A stretch of 64,000 nt of DNA from Octopus bimaculoides (taxonomy: Eukaryota), in NCBI RefSeq assembly GCF_001194135.2, contig NC_069002.1, positions 25,284,742 to 25,348,741 on the forward strand. The letters run 5' to 3'. The notes under the pieces were generated by a model. That model had not been told where the DNA came from, made no database searches, and saw nothing but the letters and a program-made list of their open reading frames with translations. The translations under genes were made by a program, and so were the position numbers. Positions 38,566 through 53,329 of this stretch are shown piece after piece. The first letter of the stretch is position 1; every line of letters starts with the position of its first letter.

Positions 38566-39483
38566 CTAAAATACAGAAAAATATTTCCAATAATTTTAGG
38601 TTAGAGTTCAATAACAAAACATTGATTTTTCATGTTGAATGAGGAAAAAAGCCAACAGATCATATATTCCATCACTTTCAGTTGTAAAATTCCTACCTAT
38701 TTTTCTACTCTTCCCAACATTTGGCAAAAGAAAATTAGCAGCGAATATGATACATGTGAAGGTGTCTATTCTAAATAATCACCTGTAGGCCAGGGAGAAA
38801 ACTTTTGCCCTTGGGGGACAGAGTCACAGATTATGTAGGGTTCTTTTAATGGACTCCAAACAGGGAAATCTCAAGTTGGAATCTTGCTGGTTTTTGTTTT
38901 TGTTATCCCTTTTTACACATCATATGCTAACCACCCCTTCACAATTGTATACCTTTCCTTAAATCCCTTGTGAATAAAGACATCATCATCATCATGTCAA
39001 AATGCTTAGTACCATTTCTTCCAGCTCTACACTGTGCACTCCAGGGCGATAAAGTACTAGTCAAGTACTGGAGTCAATGCAATCAACCCCCTTAAAACTG
39101 CTGACCTTCTGCCCAAATTTTAAACAATTATTATTATCATCAAGGAGGTGAGCTGGCAGAATTGTTAGCATGCCGGACAAAATGCTTATTGGCATTTTGT
39201 CTATCTACATGTTCCGAGTTCAAATTCCACCAAGGTCAACTTTTCCCCCTCCCCTGAACTTGCAGGCCTTGTGCCAAGATTTGAAACCATTATTATTATT
39301 AAGGTTGTGAGCAGGTAGAAGCATTAGTGTGAGGGACAAAATGCTTATTGGCATTTCTTCCAGATTTTTACATTCTAAAATCAACTTTATCTTTAATTCT
39401 GTCAGAGATGATGTAATTGACTTTCTCTCTACCCCATCAAAATTGCTGGCTTTCTGCCCAAATTATAAAGAATTATTATTATT

Positions 39484-39529
<46 letters not shown>

Positions 39530-39545
39530 AAGAAGTAAAAACTTA

Positions 39546-39713
<168 letters not shown>

Positions 39714-40870
39714 TTAATTCGGAGCAAATAATTCCACAAGAAAATAATCTGTAAAGATATTATTGATTCTGTTATTATCTAGTGTAACAATTTTAAAATG
39801 ATAACAATCAATAATCTAGGTGATTGCAGGCTCCAAAATAAGCATTAAAGAGCTGCAGGATTAAAATTAAGCTAAGGACATATTGAGTATGTTTACCTGC
39901 TGGAAATAACAGTCAAAACTCTTTATTTAAATACCATTTAATACAAAATCTCTTCTTTCTTCAAGTATCATGCCAAGCAATAATTAATAAGAAATGCAAA
40001 CTAAAATATGGATAAAGAAATTCTTCATAACAAATCCAGACATTGCCACAACATTATTCGTAGTGTACTATATTCTATACACGCATACATGTATAAAACA
40101 TATACACACACTACATCACTGCTGTAGAATTATTAGCCATTATTAGTACTAGTATTATTTTAATATATGTGAATATATCTATATACACACATACACACTA
40201 TATTACTGCTACAACAGTAATCATCATCATTTAACGTCCGTTGTCCATGCTGGCATGGGTTGAACGGTTTGACCGGGGCTGGTAAGGTGTAAGGCTGCGC
40301 CAGGAGCATGTCTGATTGGGCATGGTTTTTTTTTTTTTTTTTTTTACAGCTGGATGGCTTTTTAATGTCAACTACTCCAAGAGTGTAATGGGTGCTGTCA
40401 CGTACCACTGGCACAGGTGCCATTTTTGCATGACACCGGTATCTGCCACGACTGCAATTTTGCTTGGCTTGAAGGGTCTTCTCAAGCACATGATGCCAAA
40501 GATCTTTGGTCATTGACTCTGTGAAGCCCAACACTTGAAAGGAACTTAGCTACTTTGCCTCCATGAGGCTCCACGCTCAAAAGGAACTCAGCCACCTTGC
40601 CAAAGGTTGATTTTTTTTTTTTTGTATGTGCCACCAGCACAGGTGCACTTGGCCCGATGGGTTCTCTTAAGCAGAGCACATCGCCAAAGGTCTCAGTCAC
40701 TAGTCATTGCATCTGTGAGGCTCCAAGTTCGAAGGTCATGCTTCACTGCTTCATCTCATGTTTCCTTGGGTCTGTCTCTACCACAGGTCCCATCCACTGT
40801 TAAAGATCAGCACTTCTTTACACAACTCATCCATACACCAATAACATTACAACAGTAGAAAAACACTTAC

Positions 40871-40944
40871 CTGTCTCTGAGAATCATTGAAATAAGCAGG
40901 TACTGTGACGACGGCATTTTTAACTGAGGTTCCAAGATAATTCT
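40871..40944 (-). CDS. HSPA9: Mortalin exon 5 ([25 protein letters not shown])
   Basis: CAG/GTAAGT. Confidence 0.98.
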
Positions 40945-42188
40945 CTGAAGACAGAAATAAAACATTTAAATAATTCACGAACAGAACAAGTTTATGGAAT
41001 CAGATCTACTAAAATCCACTATGATATGCAGTTTATTTGTATGATATATTTAAACTGTTTATATCTGACCCAGATATTCTGATTATTTAATGATGAAACT
41101 GGCTAGATCTGGCCTCTCACCCCTACCCTACACTATCATTCTAAGAATAAAGTCACATCTTCAAAATCTCAAAGCTACAGAATAATGCACGATTAATTCA
41201 AAGCAATGTGAATAAATAAGCATTACATTTGGCAGAATAATCTGAATGCTAACGATTAAACATAACTCTATACCTGTTGCTCATGAGGATAGCAGGGAGA
41301 GGAGTGGGTCTGCAATAACCAAAGGTGGGGAAGGGGTTAAATCTAATTAAAACCTTCGTAAATGATTACACAAGGACAGAAGGTTAACAGTATTACCTTA
41401 AAGCCTCTATCATTGACCTTGATGTATGTTTTTTTTCCATACTGGCAGACAGTAGCTGAGTGTTACTAAGGTAGTATTCTACAAATTACATACCATTCTT
41501 GATGCCAATCCCTACTTGTTTTTTGAGTTAAGCTACTTCATCTCCGTACTACACAAAAGATATCACCGAAAACTCAAAGAATAACGCCAGTGGCCAGTAT
41601 TCTCCAAACGCACTCCAATTGGCAGACCACATATATACGGCTAAGATAGCGTCAACATTATTATACTTCACCGATAGAAACATGGCTGTGTGGTAAGGAA
41701 TTTGCTTCGGAACTATTTGATTTTAAGTTCACTTCTACAGCATGACCCATAGGCAAGTGCCTTCATGCTGGCCGAAGCCTTATAAGTGGATTTGGGAGAT
41801 AGAAACTGAAAGAGGTCTCCCATATGCATATGTGTGTGTGTGTGTGTGTATGTGTGTGTGTATGCATATTATATATGTTTTTATATGTGGGTGTAGCATT
41901 GTGTGATAGTTGCAAAAGAACGTTACCATCATTCATACAAGTAGTGTTCTTCGTTTCAAATATTCTGAGAAAGCGTTTGGACATAGGAGTGAAATATTAC
42001 TTTATTTGGAAACATATGGGGCGACGACTAAGACATCTGGCCACAAAATGTCTGTCTGACCCATGAAAGCATGGAAAAGTGGACATAAAGACAATGAAGA
42101 GAACAAGTAACAGAACTATATCTATGGACTAAATTCTACTTCCCATTAAGCCATTTATCGAAGAAGAGGATTTAGAAGGAGTTGTTAC

Positions 42189-42313
42189 CTGCTGTTTCCT
42201 TCATTTTCATCAAAACAAAGGCTCCTATTTGGCTTGGTGAGAACATTTTGCCATTAATTTCAACCCAAGCATCTCCATTCGAAGCTTTCACTATTTTGTA
42301 AGAAACAGAAGAC
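42189..42313 (-). CDS. HSPA9: Mortalin exon 4 ([18 protein letters not shown]...[17 protein letters not shown])
   Basis: TAG/GTAACA; DnaK/mtHsp70-type motif. Confidence 0.97.
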
Positions 42314-43441
42314 CTACAAAAGATAAAAAAGATAATTTTATTAATCAGTTGATTGATTAGAAATTACAAATGACAAAACATTGAAAAAGCTTATACATAG
42401 CTGCTCGACTTACTCCAAAGTAACGGTTATTCCTTCTACAACAGCAATTCTTAGAGACAAAGACCATATTGTTGACTAAGGGAGCAAATTGATGAAGTCA
42501 TCAGTATTGGATTATCTCAGAGTCTTTATTCCAGCTCTCTACATTCTGAGTTCAAATCCCACCAGGATCGACTTTGATCTTTTTTTTTTTCAAGGTCAAT
42601 AAACAAAAAATACCAAAGCAAAACAGTGGATCAATGGAACTGATATAGCACCAGATAAAATGGTATCTGTTCTGATTTTTTGTGCCCTGATAGCAGCACC
42701 TGTACCAAATTGTATTGACCCAAGTTAGCAGCCTTTCTCTTTAAGTTGTGGAGAAGGAAAAACTTGCATGCATCAACAACTGGCAGTATTCTTGAAAAAA
42801 AAAAGTTTTACGCAGGCCTACACATAGATGGGTAGATACCTGGTCAATACTGACCAAAGGAGACCTTACAGTAAGAATGGGATAGCAAACGACAGAAAAA
42901 TTAGTCAGGTGATTCCAGGACATAAGTCTGTTCAGACAAAGAGACAGAGCCAAACCATAATGGCCACTCAATAGATTCTTCATGAAATTTTACAGCTCAA
43001 AGACTGAGACCAATATTGTTTTACAGCTGTTTCATTATGATTGCAGGAATTGATTGGATTTCCAAGTGTCTCAGCATTTTTTGGCAGTACCTAGAACTTG
43101 TTGGTTGGAGCTGGCTCAATTCATCCTGAGTGAATGCCACTGGAAGTACAAGTGCTGAGAATTTTGAGATTTTTTTAAAACCATATTCCTGTAGAAATTA
43201 CACTACCTTTGTTCCAATTAATTTTGAAAAGAATGAAAAATTCAGTAAGATAACTGTTGTTACTAAGCTGATGTTTAGAACATAAATTAAAAAGAAATTT
43301 TGATGAACGGTTTTAGTTCAGACCCCTTTAAAACAAGAATGTTGTATTATAGAACCAGGCCACAGTCTCAGACATGCTGGTATTAAAGGAGGTTAATCTA
43401 AAAATAGAAATAGAATTTTAAAATAAAATCAAAAATACTCA

Positions 43442-43744
<303 letters not shown>

Positions 43745-44671
43745 TTAGAGAAATTATGTCAAAGAATATAGAAGACAAAAAATTAATTCAGACGAAATTA
43801 TTTTTGTCAAACAATCTGAAGAAATAATGACCTGTGTGTTTTTGACAGCACTGAAAGTGGTTTAGGTGTAACTTGGTTGGAATCATGATCGTTCTTTGAC
43901 TGCCAATGTAAGAAGTCAGGAGATATAAAGTCCTTTTTTTCTTTTCTTACACAAAAGAACCCATTTGCAGAGTGAATATAGGTGTGTGATCAGACGTAGT
44001 CTTTGGTGAATGAACATCAAGATAAACCAAATATAGAGATTCAAGCACGAAGCTTTCTATATAATCATCCGGTGCTAAGAGACATTTTAGCACATTTGCC
44101 AATACATTGCCTCTCGCAATACAATCAATAACGAAATATACAAAGGTTGAGTACATCTGGCTTTATAGATCAAGTAGATTGTATCTATGCATGTTGTAGA
44201 ATGCAACTGTCTCAAAGACTCCTGTCCAATCTATACCAGCCTGGAGAGAAACAGGTATTAAAATACTGACATGACACTGAAAAGAGCTTTTAGAACTTCT
44301 TGAAAATAGTTCTACCTCAATCAACTCTTCTTCCACAGCTCAGTTTAACACCCCCTCTCGACCACCTGGTGGTACCTTCAGCTACATCCACACCATTGCC
44401 AGCATGTAGGTCAGACCTTTGCCCAAGGACAATGTCATGTCTTTAAACACAGCGTCCCAAGTGCTATGGTTTCTGCCCTGCCACCCTTGAGGTGCTCTCA
44501 AAGTCATGAATGCTGTGCTTTCCTCATCTGAACAAAATTAAGAAAAAAAATGATAATAATGATCCTTTCTACTATAGGGACAAGGCCTGAAAATTTGAGG
44601 GGAGGGGTTAAGTCAATCACGTCGACCCAAATGTTCAACTGGTAATCATAAAAAGAAACTCTCATACTTAC

Positions 44672-44709
44672 GCATATCGTCTGTTATATCCATTTATGAA
44701 AGAATTCTT
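44672..44709 (-). CDS. HSPA9: Mortalin exon 2, 38 nt (KNSFINGYNRRYA), end of presequence
   Basis: TTTTCTCTGTTGCAG acceptor, GTAAGT donor; phase 2 joins exon 3 to give RRYA|SDKVKG, like human RRDYA|SEAIKG. Confidence 0.85.
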
Positions 44710-46496
44710 CTGCAACAGAGAAAATGGTAAAATTTAGAACAAAAGTCACATGAACATTGCTGTAATGACGTATAAACAGTAATAAGTAGATCTGATTGAT
44801 CAGGGTGGACTGGAGTTGAAAAAAATCAATACCAATAGCAATGTTTCTCACATATATTAACAGCAGATTCTTCAATCAATCGGTTTTCTATTCTGTCAAC
44901 AGTAATCAATACTTCTGATACACACAGTTTGAGCAATCTAACAAAAATGGGCATTCACCTTAAGAAATGCTTAGCATTTTTCTGTCTAGTTTGTTTCAAT
45001 TAATTTTGAAAATAACAAAGAATTTCATTATCAAGCTGGTATTTGGAACATAAATTAACATGGAATTTTGATGGAAGGTTTTATTTTAGATCTCTTTAAA
45101 ACAGAAACTTTGTATTATGGAACCAGATAAGTCTTTTTGCCAATTTTGGTGAAAGTGTTAAAATAAATTTAGTGAGCATCAGAAATATATATTCGTGAAG
45201 AAAAGGCAACGTTAGTCTTGTAGCAGAGACAGCAGCTGCAGAAAAGTTTAGGTCTTATTAGATCACTTGAATGAAACACAGACTTCATTGTACTCAAAGT
45301 AAGTTGTGAAAGAGTACAGTAATGTACAATATTCTTTTCTACTATAGGCACAAGGTCCGAAATTTTGGGGGAGGGGACCAGTCAATTAGATCGAACCAGT
45401 ACGTAACTGGTACTTAATTTATCAACCCCGAAACGATGAAAGACAAAGTCAAACTTGGTGGAATTTGAACTCAGAACATAAAGACAGACGAAATACTGCT
45501 AAGCGTTTCGCCCGGTGTACTAACGTTTCTTATTTCTTTATTGCCCACAAGGGGCTAAACATAGGACAAACAAGGACAGACAAAGAGATTAAGTCGATTA
45601 CATCGACCCCAATGCCTAAGCATTTTGCCCGGTGTGCCAACTCACTGCCTTAGTACAATATTGTATGAAGAAGCATGAAAATTTAGCATTTCAAACTAAT
45701 TTTATTGTCTTTCATACGAATTGGTGCCTCAGCAATTTTAGTTAGTTAACCGAAATTTAACATGGCATGGCTGTGTTGTAAAAGGTCTGTCTACTTGCCA
45801 ACCACAGGATTTGGGGTTCAGTCCCACAACATGCTACATTGGTTAAACGTCTCCTATAGCCCTGGGCTAACCAAAGCCATGTGAAGAGATTTGGCAGATG
45901 GAAACTGAAAAGAAGCCTGTCGTGTGTGTTTGTGTCTATCTCTCCACTGTTTGAAAACCAGTACTGGTTTACTTACAGCCATATAACTTAGTGGTTCACT
46001 AAAAAACACCACTAAAATCAGTAGCAAAACTTTTAAAGTATTGGGGTTTTATTGATTGACTAAAACCCTTCAAGGCAATGCCCCAGCATGGCCAGTCTAA
46101 TTTGGCGTCACAATCTGTTAAATGCCAGCTTTCATTTGTTTGCTCATTTATTTTTTATGTCTGTTTTCCTATGCTAGCATGGGTTAGATAAATGATTAAA
46201 GCATTGTTTCACAAGCAAATTACTCGTTTCACAAGCAAATTACTCTTCCTGTCACTAAATCATCCTTGTTCTACAAGTTGAAGGATTTCTTATTCCACAC
46301 TTCTTCAGAAGTGGCAAGTCAACAGATGGTTTGTTGGCAGCGGAAATGACAAGAATGTTACTGCTTAGGGTTCAACAATTTCCGGAAACGCACAAATGGA
46401 AACAAACACACTGTTTAAATATAGATAGAGATAGACAGAGAGATAGATAGAGAGAGAGAGATAGATAAAAATAGAGAGACAGAGAAATAGAGACAG

Positions 46497-46542
<46 letters not shown>

Positions 46543-47492
46543 NNNNNNNNNNNNNNNNNNNNNNNNNNNNNNNNNNNNNNNNNNNNNNNNNNNNNNNNNN
46601 NNNNNNNNNNNNNNNNNNNNNNNNNNNNNNNNNNNNNNNNNNNNNNNNNNNNNNNNNNNNNNNNNNNNNNNNNNNNNNNNNNNNNNNNNNNNNNNNNNNN
46701 NNNNNNNNNNNNNNNNNNNNNNNNNNNNNNNNNNNNNNNNNNNNNNNNNNNNNNNNNNNNNNNNNNNNNNNNNNNNNNNNNNNNNNNNNNNNNNNNNNNN
46801 NNNNNNNNNNNNNNNNNNNNNNNNNNNNNNNNNNNNNNNNNNNNNNNNNNNNNNNNNNNNNNNNNNNNNNNNNNNNNNNNNNNNNNNNNNNNNNNNNNNN
46901 NNNNNNNNNNNNNNNNNNNNNNNNNNNNNNNNNNNNNNNNNNNNNNNNNNNNNNNNNNNNNNNNNNNNNNNNNNNNNNNNNNNNNNNNNNNNNNNNNNNN
47001 NNNNNNNNNNNNNNNNNNNNNNNNNNNNNNNNNNNNNNNNNNNNNNNNNNNNNNNNNNNNNNNNNNNNNNNNNNNNNNNNNNNNNNNNNNNNNNNNNNNN
47101 NNNNNNNNNNNNNNNNNNNNNNNNNNNNNNNNNNNNNNNNNNNNNNNNNNNNNNNNNNNNNNNNNNNNNNNNNNNNNNNNNNNNNNNNNNNNNNNNNNNN
47201 NNNNNNNNNNNNNNNNNNNNNNNNNNNNNNNNNNNNNNNNNNNNNNNNNNNNNNNNNNNNNNNNNNNNNNNNNNNNNNNNNNNNNNNNNNNNNNNNNNNN
47301 NNNNNNNNNNNNNNNNNNNNNNNNNNNNNNNNNNNNNNNNNNNNNNNNNNNNNNNNNNNNNNNNNNNNNNNNNNNNNNNNNNNNNNNNNNNNNNNNNNNN
47401 NNNNNNNNNNNNNNNNNNNNNNNNNNNNNNNNNNNNNNNNNNNNNNNNNNNNNNNNNNNNNNNNNNNNNNNNNNNNNNNNNNNNNNNNNNNN

Positions 47493-47620
47493 AGAGAGAC
47501 AGGCTTAGAGAGAGAGACAGGCTTAGAGAGAGAGACAGGCTTAGAGAGAGAGACAGGCTTAGAGAGAGAGACAGGCTTAGAGAGAGAGACAGGCTTAGAG
47601 AGAGAGACAGGCTTAGAGAG
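47493..47620. repeat. 18-bp minisatellite (AGGCTTAGAGAGAGAGAC)n, ~7 copies, bordering an assembly gap
   Basis: Direct reading. Confidence 0.9.
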
Positions 47621-49115
47621 ACAGAGACAGATTTAGAGAGACAGTCAGATTTAGAGAGACAGAGATATAGTGAGATATAGAAAGAGAGATATAGGGAGAG
47701 ACAGACATAGAGAGATAGATATAAATCTAGATATATAGATATATAAAGAGGGGACTGAAAGAAGGACAAATAATGAGAGGTTACAACACAATAGACAAAA
47801 AATCGAAAAGTGTTGGGCAAAATGCAAATACAAAAAGATAAAAGTTGTACAAAGCAAATTGTACACAAAACAAAAAGGAAAAAAGAAAAGAAGATTGACA
47901 TTTCGAGTGATCTCTTTATCAAAGTAGAGTAAAGAAACAAAAAAAGATAAGAGAATCACAAAAAGAAACGATACACACACACGATGGGCTTCTTTTAGGT
48001 TCCGTCTACCAAACCCACCAGGCTACTGAAGACACTTTGCAAAGGTGCCATTCCGTAGGACTGAACTGAAAGCCATGAGGTTGGGAAATGATCTTTTTAA
48101 TCACATGACCATTCCACACTAAAGAAACAAAAAACAAACAAAAAAAAAGGCCTGCTGACCTATATTAAGGTTTTCTCTTTGACACAAAATTATCTTTTGG
48201 TGAGAGGTTGGGTGAGGGTAGGGGATATTGTTAAATGAAATCAACCCAAGTGAATAACAGGTATTTATTTACTGACACTACACATCATGTGGGTCTCAAG
48301 TGTGTGGCATGAAAGGAATGGCCAAATGTAGTGGGAAGATTCAAGACAGTCACGTTTATTTATAAGACGGTATTTAGTGGTGGGCATTAGGAAGGGCATC
48401 CATTCAGAGAAACCCTGCCAAAGCAGACAGTGGAGCTTGGTGCAGTTCTCAGATTTGTCAACTGCTGTCAAGCTGTCCAACCCATGCCAGCATGGAAAAA
48501 CAAACGTCAAATGATGATAATGTCGTGAGGAGTGTAGTTAGGAAGCCTTCTTCTTAATCATGTGGTCTTATGTTCAGTTTCACTGCACAGCCATGAGCTT
48601 TGTATGTCTGCCTGTATGTACACTCTTATTCTTTTACATGTTTCAGTCATTTGACTACAGCCATGCTGGAGCACCGCCTGTAGTCAAGCAAATCAACCCT
48701 AGAACTTATTCTTTGTAAGCCTAGTACTTTATTGGTATCTTTTGCTAAACCACTAAGTTACAGGGACATAAACACACCAACATTGCTTGTCAGGCGATGG
48801 TGGGGGGAACAGACACACACACACACATATAACAGGTTTCTTTCAGTTTCCATCTACCAAATCCACTCACAAGGCTTTGGTTGGCCCGAGGCTATAGAAG
48901 ACACTTGTTCAAGGTGCCACACAGTGGGACTGAACCTGGAACCATGTGATTAGGAAGCAAGCTTCTTACCACACAGCCATGCCTGCGTCTATGTATGTGA
49001 TTACCTTTGTCTAGACATCACATGGTGCTTTTTAAATGAATATTATCATCAAACAAGGTGGTTCATTTCCAGTCTTCCCTAAAAGAAAAACCTGGCTAGC
49101 TATGGAAAATATTAT

Positions 49116-49338
49116 CAGTGGTTCCCAAAGTGGGCGGTGGAAAGTTCCAAGGGGTCGATGAAGAAAAGTGGTGATAATGGAGTAGCCAAAAGGGGGTGAT
49201 TGATGTAACAAAAATAGGTTAATTAGTTTAAGCTTTAATTGTGAAATGCAATGGCTTTGAATTTGCTTCAGAAAGAGGTCTATGTTTGTGGAGGTCTAGC
49301 CTGGGTGCCAGCAGCCCGAAAAAGTTTGGGAACCGCTG
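49116..49338. mobile_element. hAT/Charlie-like MITE
   Basis: TIRs CAGTGGTTCCCAAA / TTTGGGAACCGCTG; 8-bp TSD not recognisable. Confidence 0.6.
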
Positions 49339-52039
49339 CCATAGATATTCTGCCTCAACAAATTCCTTCTGATCCATGCCAGCATAGAAAAGTGGACATT
49401 AAATGATAATAGATGTTGTTCCAAAGTGACAGCAAGACTATAAAAAGATGCCAAGAATGGCCAAAGTTCACATTATAACCTAATACTGTCATTAGAGGCC
49501 CCAGAAGAGAAAGTTTGTCAACAACTAAACCATAAAAAAATTAACACATGACAGCATTGAATTCCAACTATTTTAGATTTTTATAATAAATTAGAATGGA
49601 TCTATTTGCTTCCAAGAACTGAAGACTCATTGTTTTGCTACTTGTTCATCTCTGGCGGTTTCTTTTTCTATAGTCTCCTGTAATTCAATGTTGCAATGGC
49701 AGAAATGTTCACACTTCATTCTGCCCTCCTGCAGGCTCGCTTGCCATCCTATCTAGTTGGCAAGCATTAATGGCAAAGGTCTTTACCTCTTTTCTATAGC
49801 TTCACGTGCAACCTAAATGCCTAGCTTTATTCATGGAAGTGTTTTTTTTTGTTTTTTTGCACAAGCGCAGGTGTGGCTGTGTGGTAAAACATTTGCTTCC
49901 TAACCACATGGTTCTAGGTTCAGTTCTATTATGTAGCACTATTCGCAGGTGCCTTTTACTATAGCCCCAGATTGACAAAAGCCTTGTGAAAAGATCTAGC
50001 AGACAGAAACTGAAAGAAGCCCATTGTAGTGTGTGTGTTTGTGTCCCACAACCGCTTTACAACCGGTGTTGGTATATTTACATCCCAGTAACATCCCCGG
50101 CAAAAAAGATTGCTCGAATAAGTACTAGTCTTTGAAATGTTTGTTAAACACACACTCAATCCTTTGCTTCCCAGACAGGATAAAAGTAAGAACAAAAAAA
50201 AACCTATTATTGTAACATTTATATTATATTAAATCTAAGACATCGTATGTTTTACATGTGCTGTTTAGCCCCAGGTCAGCTCCGATCCATCCGGCTTCCA
50301 AAGACATTTTAGGCATAAACATCTTGTCTTTTTCCCAGACAATGTATCCAGGACTACATTATTCAATAAGTCCCTTTTCATTCTTAAGACGAAAGGGTGC
50401 AATCTGACTGAGTAATCAAAATCACGTAAGAAGCCCTCCCATTCGCCTATTATTTGCCCGTGTGTCCATCTCACTACTAACCCAGCCAACACAATAACCT
50501 TTCCGTGTTGCATTAATTTATTTTGACGAGGACAAAGAGAGGATTGCCGACTGAACCAAGCCTGGCTAAAATAAAGATACAATCGCATGACAAAACTGGA
50601 ACCCTGAACAGCAAGAAACAAAACTTAACCGATTTTGGAACAATGGTCTCGTCTGAGAAGAGAGAAGAAAGAAGGTTTGGACTCTTATTTCCACAAAAGA
50701 AAGACAAATATTAAATAAACACTAGCGACATAAACGAAGTGAAAAGCTTCGACTAGGAATCGAAACTGCGACATTAGTGGTGATTGCCGATAGATTATCA
50801 ACATTTGCTTCCAATAGTACATAATATTGATTTATATTAAGGGTAGCGGTTATTGTAATTGACATCGGCACCCGGTTAAATTTAGTGGCACCTTTCTTTT
50901 TTCACCACCAACAGCGAAGAAATCAAAAAGTAAAGATGACAGGAATTGAACCCGAATACACGAGGGAAAAGTTAAATCGATTGTGGTAATAATAAAATTA
51001 ATGTTAACTAAGTAGTTTAAACACTGATTCTGAAGAATCAAGAGCATTAGAAGGAGCAATGAGAGGGAGAAAGAGAGAGGAGACAAAGACATCCCCCCCC
51101 CTACACGAAGGTCAAAATTTGGCACGGGTGGAACGAGATATCTCGCAGATAATTTTCTTAACAGTTTAAGATACAAGAAGAAAAAGAAAAACTATGCTTT
51201 TAATTAATACTAATTAGTAAAAATTTATTTCGCATTTCAATCCAGATTAATCAAATAAAAGGCATTGTAAACGTTTACACAAGTTTCAGGTTTAAATTGA
51301 AGATGGAAGGTAGAAAGTCCTTTAAATGGTTTTTAGGGGATTTAAATAGTTAAATGGTGTTGAAGGAAGACAATGGATGTTTCGTCCCTGCATTTAAATA
51401 CAGCGGGGTGGGGGGGATATCCCTTCAAAGGATCTAAGACAAAAGTACTTGTAATTATTGTTAAAAACTGTACCTAATTAAGTCTTATATTTCTGAAGTT
51501 AGTCATTTAAAACATTTAAAATAAAAAAAAAGCTTTAATCCAACGGATTATGTTATATAACGTTTGGTGATGCGGATATATGGAAATTATTAACACAAAA
51601 ATAAAAAGACAAAATATAACGAAAAGATTTTCTTTAAACATATACCTGGAAAACACGGTCAATATTATATACATACATATGTAATATAAATACATATATA
51701 TAGTCACACACACACACGGGTATGTGTGTATAGAGTACATCGAAATTACTGACCACACAATAGAGTGCGGAGGTGGGGGTGAAAGGTGGAACAAAAGGTA
51801 CTCGATCAAGATGAGGGGTACAATTAATTTTGATTTCCTCACGGTTATTTCGGGCAATTTACAAAACTATACAAAATATCTATAATTCATACAGAACCCA
51901 TTCGAAAACAGGTACGAAATAAGATTTCGGACAATCGTACTTTTTTTTTTTTATTTATTTACGGTATTTTAAAGAAGACTTCGAAGGATCGCCGCTTTTA
52001 TTTCATAATAAAACATCTTCCACGCGTCTATCGAATATG

Positions 52040-52040
<1 letters not shown>

Positions 52041-52110
<70 letters not shown>
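52041..52110. repeat. (AT)n microsatellite; many other (AT), (GA), (CA) and (AAT) tracts, e.g. 9404-9432, 26678-26740, 39485-39527
   Basis: Direct reading. Confidence 0.95.
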
Positions 52111-52112
<2 letters not shown>

Positions 52113-52735
52113 CATGTACAGATCATAGACAAAAATAAATTTTGAGTTAACCAATCGTCATAATAAAACAATATATTTACATTTTTATATATACCAATTT
52201 AGAGATTTTACAAATGTGGTTAAGTTAAAAAAAAATGTTAAGCTTACTTTAAAAAATAAGATGCCCTACTGACAAGCCAGGGTTTGGTTGACCTTGTGGG
52301 GGTGACTACATCGTGCTTATATAAATGCGCACTTGGCCTGCTTTTATCACAGAATGATTACTTCAGTGTCTATGAAGTAGGGTTCGTATTCATAATTCCC
52401 TTTAACAAGTACCTGCCCCTAATAATTTAAAACCAATAAATCGTATATACCTACATATATGTATTATACCCCATACATGTATATATAAAGGTGTCTGGCT
52501 GCTACGGTATAGGGACGTTTGTAGGATATATGAAATGGACGTATATTTTAATAAGTGGTAAACGTTCTCTAAGCATAATGTTATGTAATTTTAATGGTTT
52601 ATATAATGTGAAGAATAACTACCTATGTTAATTAAATTCTAAACAAGTCTTTGGTACGGTAGACGTATGTAAGCATCAAATACACATTTACGTACATCAT
52701 ACACACACGTGTATATATGTACGTGTATATATGTA

Positions 52736-52774
<39 letters not shown>

Positions 52775-53153
52775 GAGCGACACGTGTGCGTATGTATGTA
52801 CATATACATGATTATGTATACTACATCGACACAAATATATATATAGTTATACACACACATGTGAGTCTATAAATGCCTACAAACCAGGTAATTCCTATCA
52901 CCAACATGTGCGTATACTAAGGCGCAATACCGGTCGTGTGTGAGTGTATATATATATATATATACGCATATACATACATATATCCGTGTATAATTAGCAC
53001 AAGGCCTTTTCCAAGAAAAGTGTATCATGAGTAAGTATAAAAGAACGTGTGAAAAGATGGAACAACTATAGAGGACATTGTTTAAGGGAAGAAAAACGGG
53101 GAAGAAATAGAAATAGGAAGAATCAGAATGAAAAAGATGGTCTCCTTGCTTAC

Positions 53154-53252
53154 CGATTTCGTCAATGTAGAAAATAGATTCTGACTTCTGCGAGAACCAA
53201 TTACTTTGTTCTTCAGACAGGAATGTAACAATATTCGACTGGTTTTCAACAT
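53154..53252 (-). CDS. HSPA9: Mortalin exon 1, mitochondrial targeting peptide (MLKTSRILLHSCLKNKVIGSRRSQNLFSTLTKS)
   Basis: ATG with A at -3; basic/hydroxylated with no acidic residues; donor TCG|GTAAGC phase 0; total CDS 2034 nt = 677 aa + stop. Confidence 0.85.
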
Positions 53253-53329
53253 GATTGCCACAACAAAGGAAGAATAAGGACCCCCAACTGAAAAAGCACA
53301 GCGATCCAACAAAAACCCTGATTTCCTCC

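Noticed and set aside
51070-51176. MTS-like ORF (LKLLRKLSARYLVPP...) as HSPA9 exon 1
   Set aside because: Starts at TTG with no ATG; the exon at 53154-53252 gives a better start, donor, phase and promoter context
51640-51665. TTTTCCAG|GTATAT recursive-splice-like site; exon-like 51963-52028
   Set aside because: Weak donor, modest intron length, stops in the frames examined; no supporting evidence
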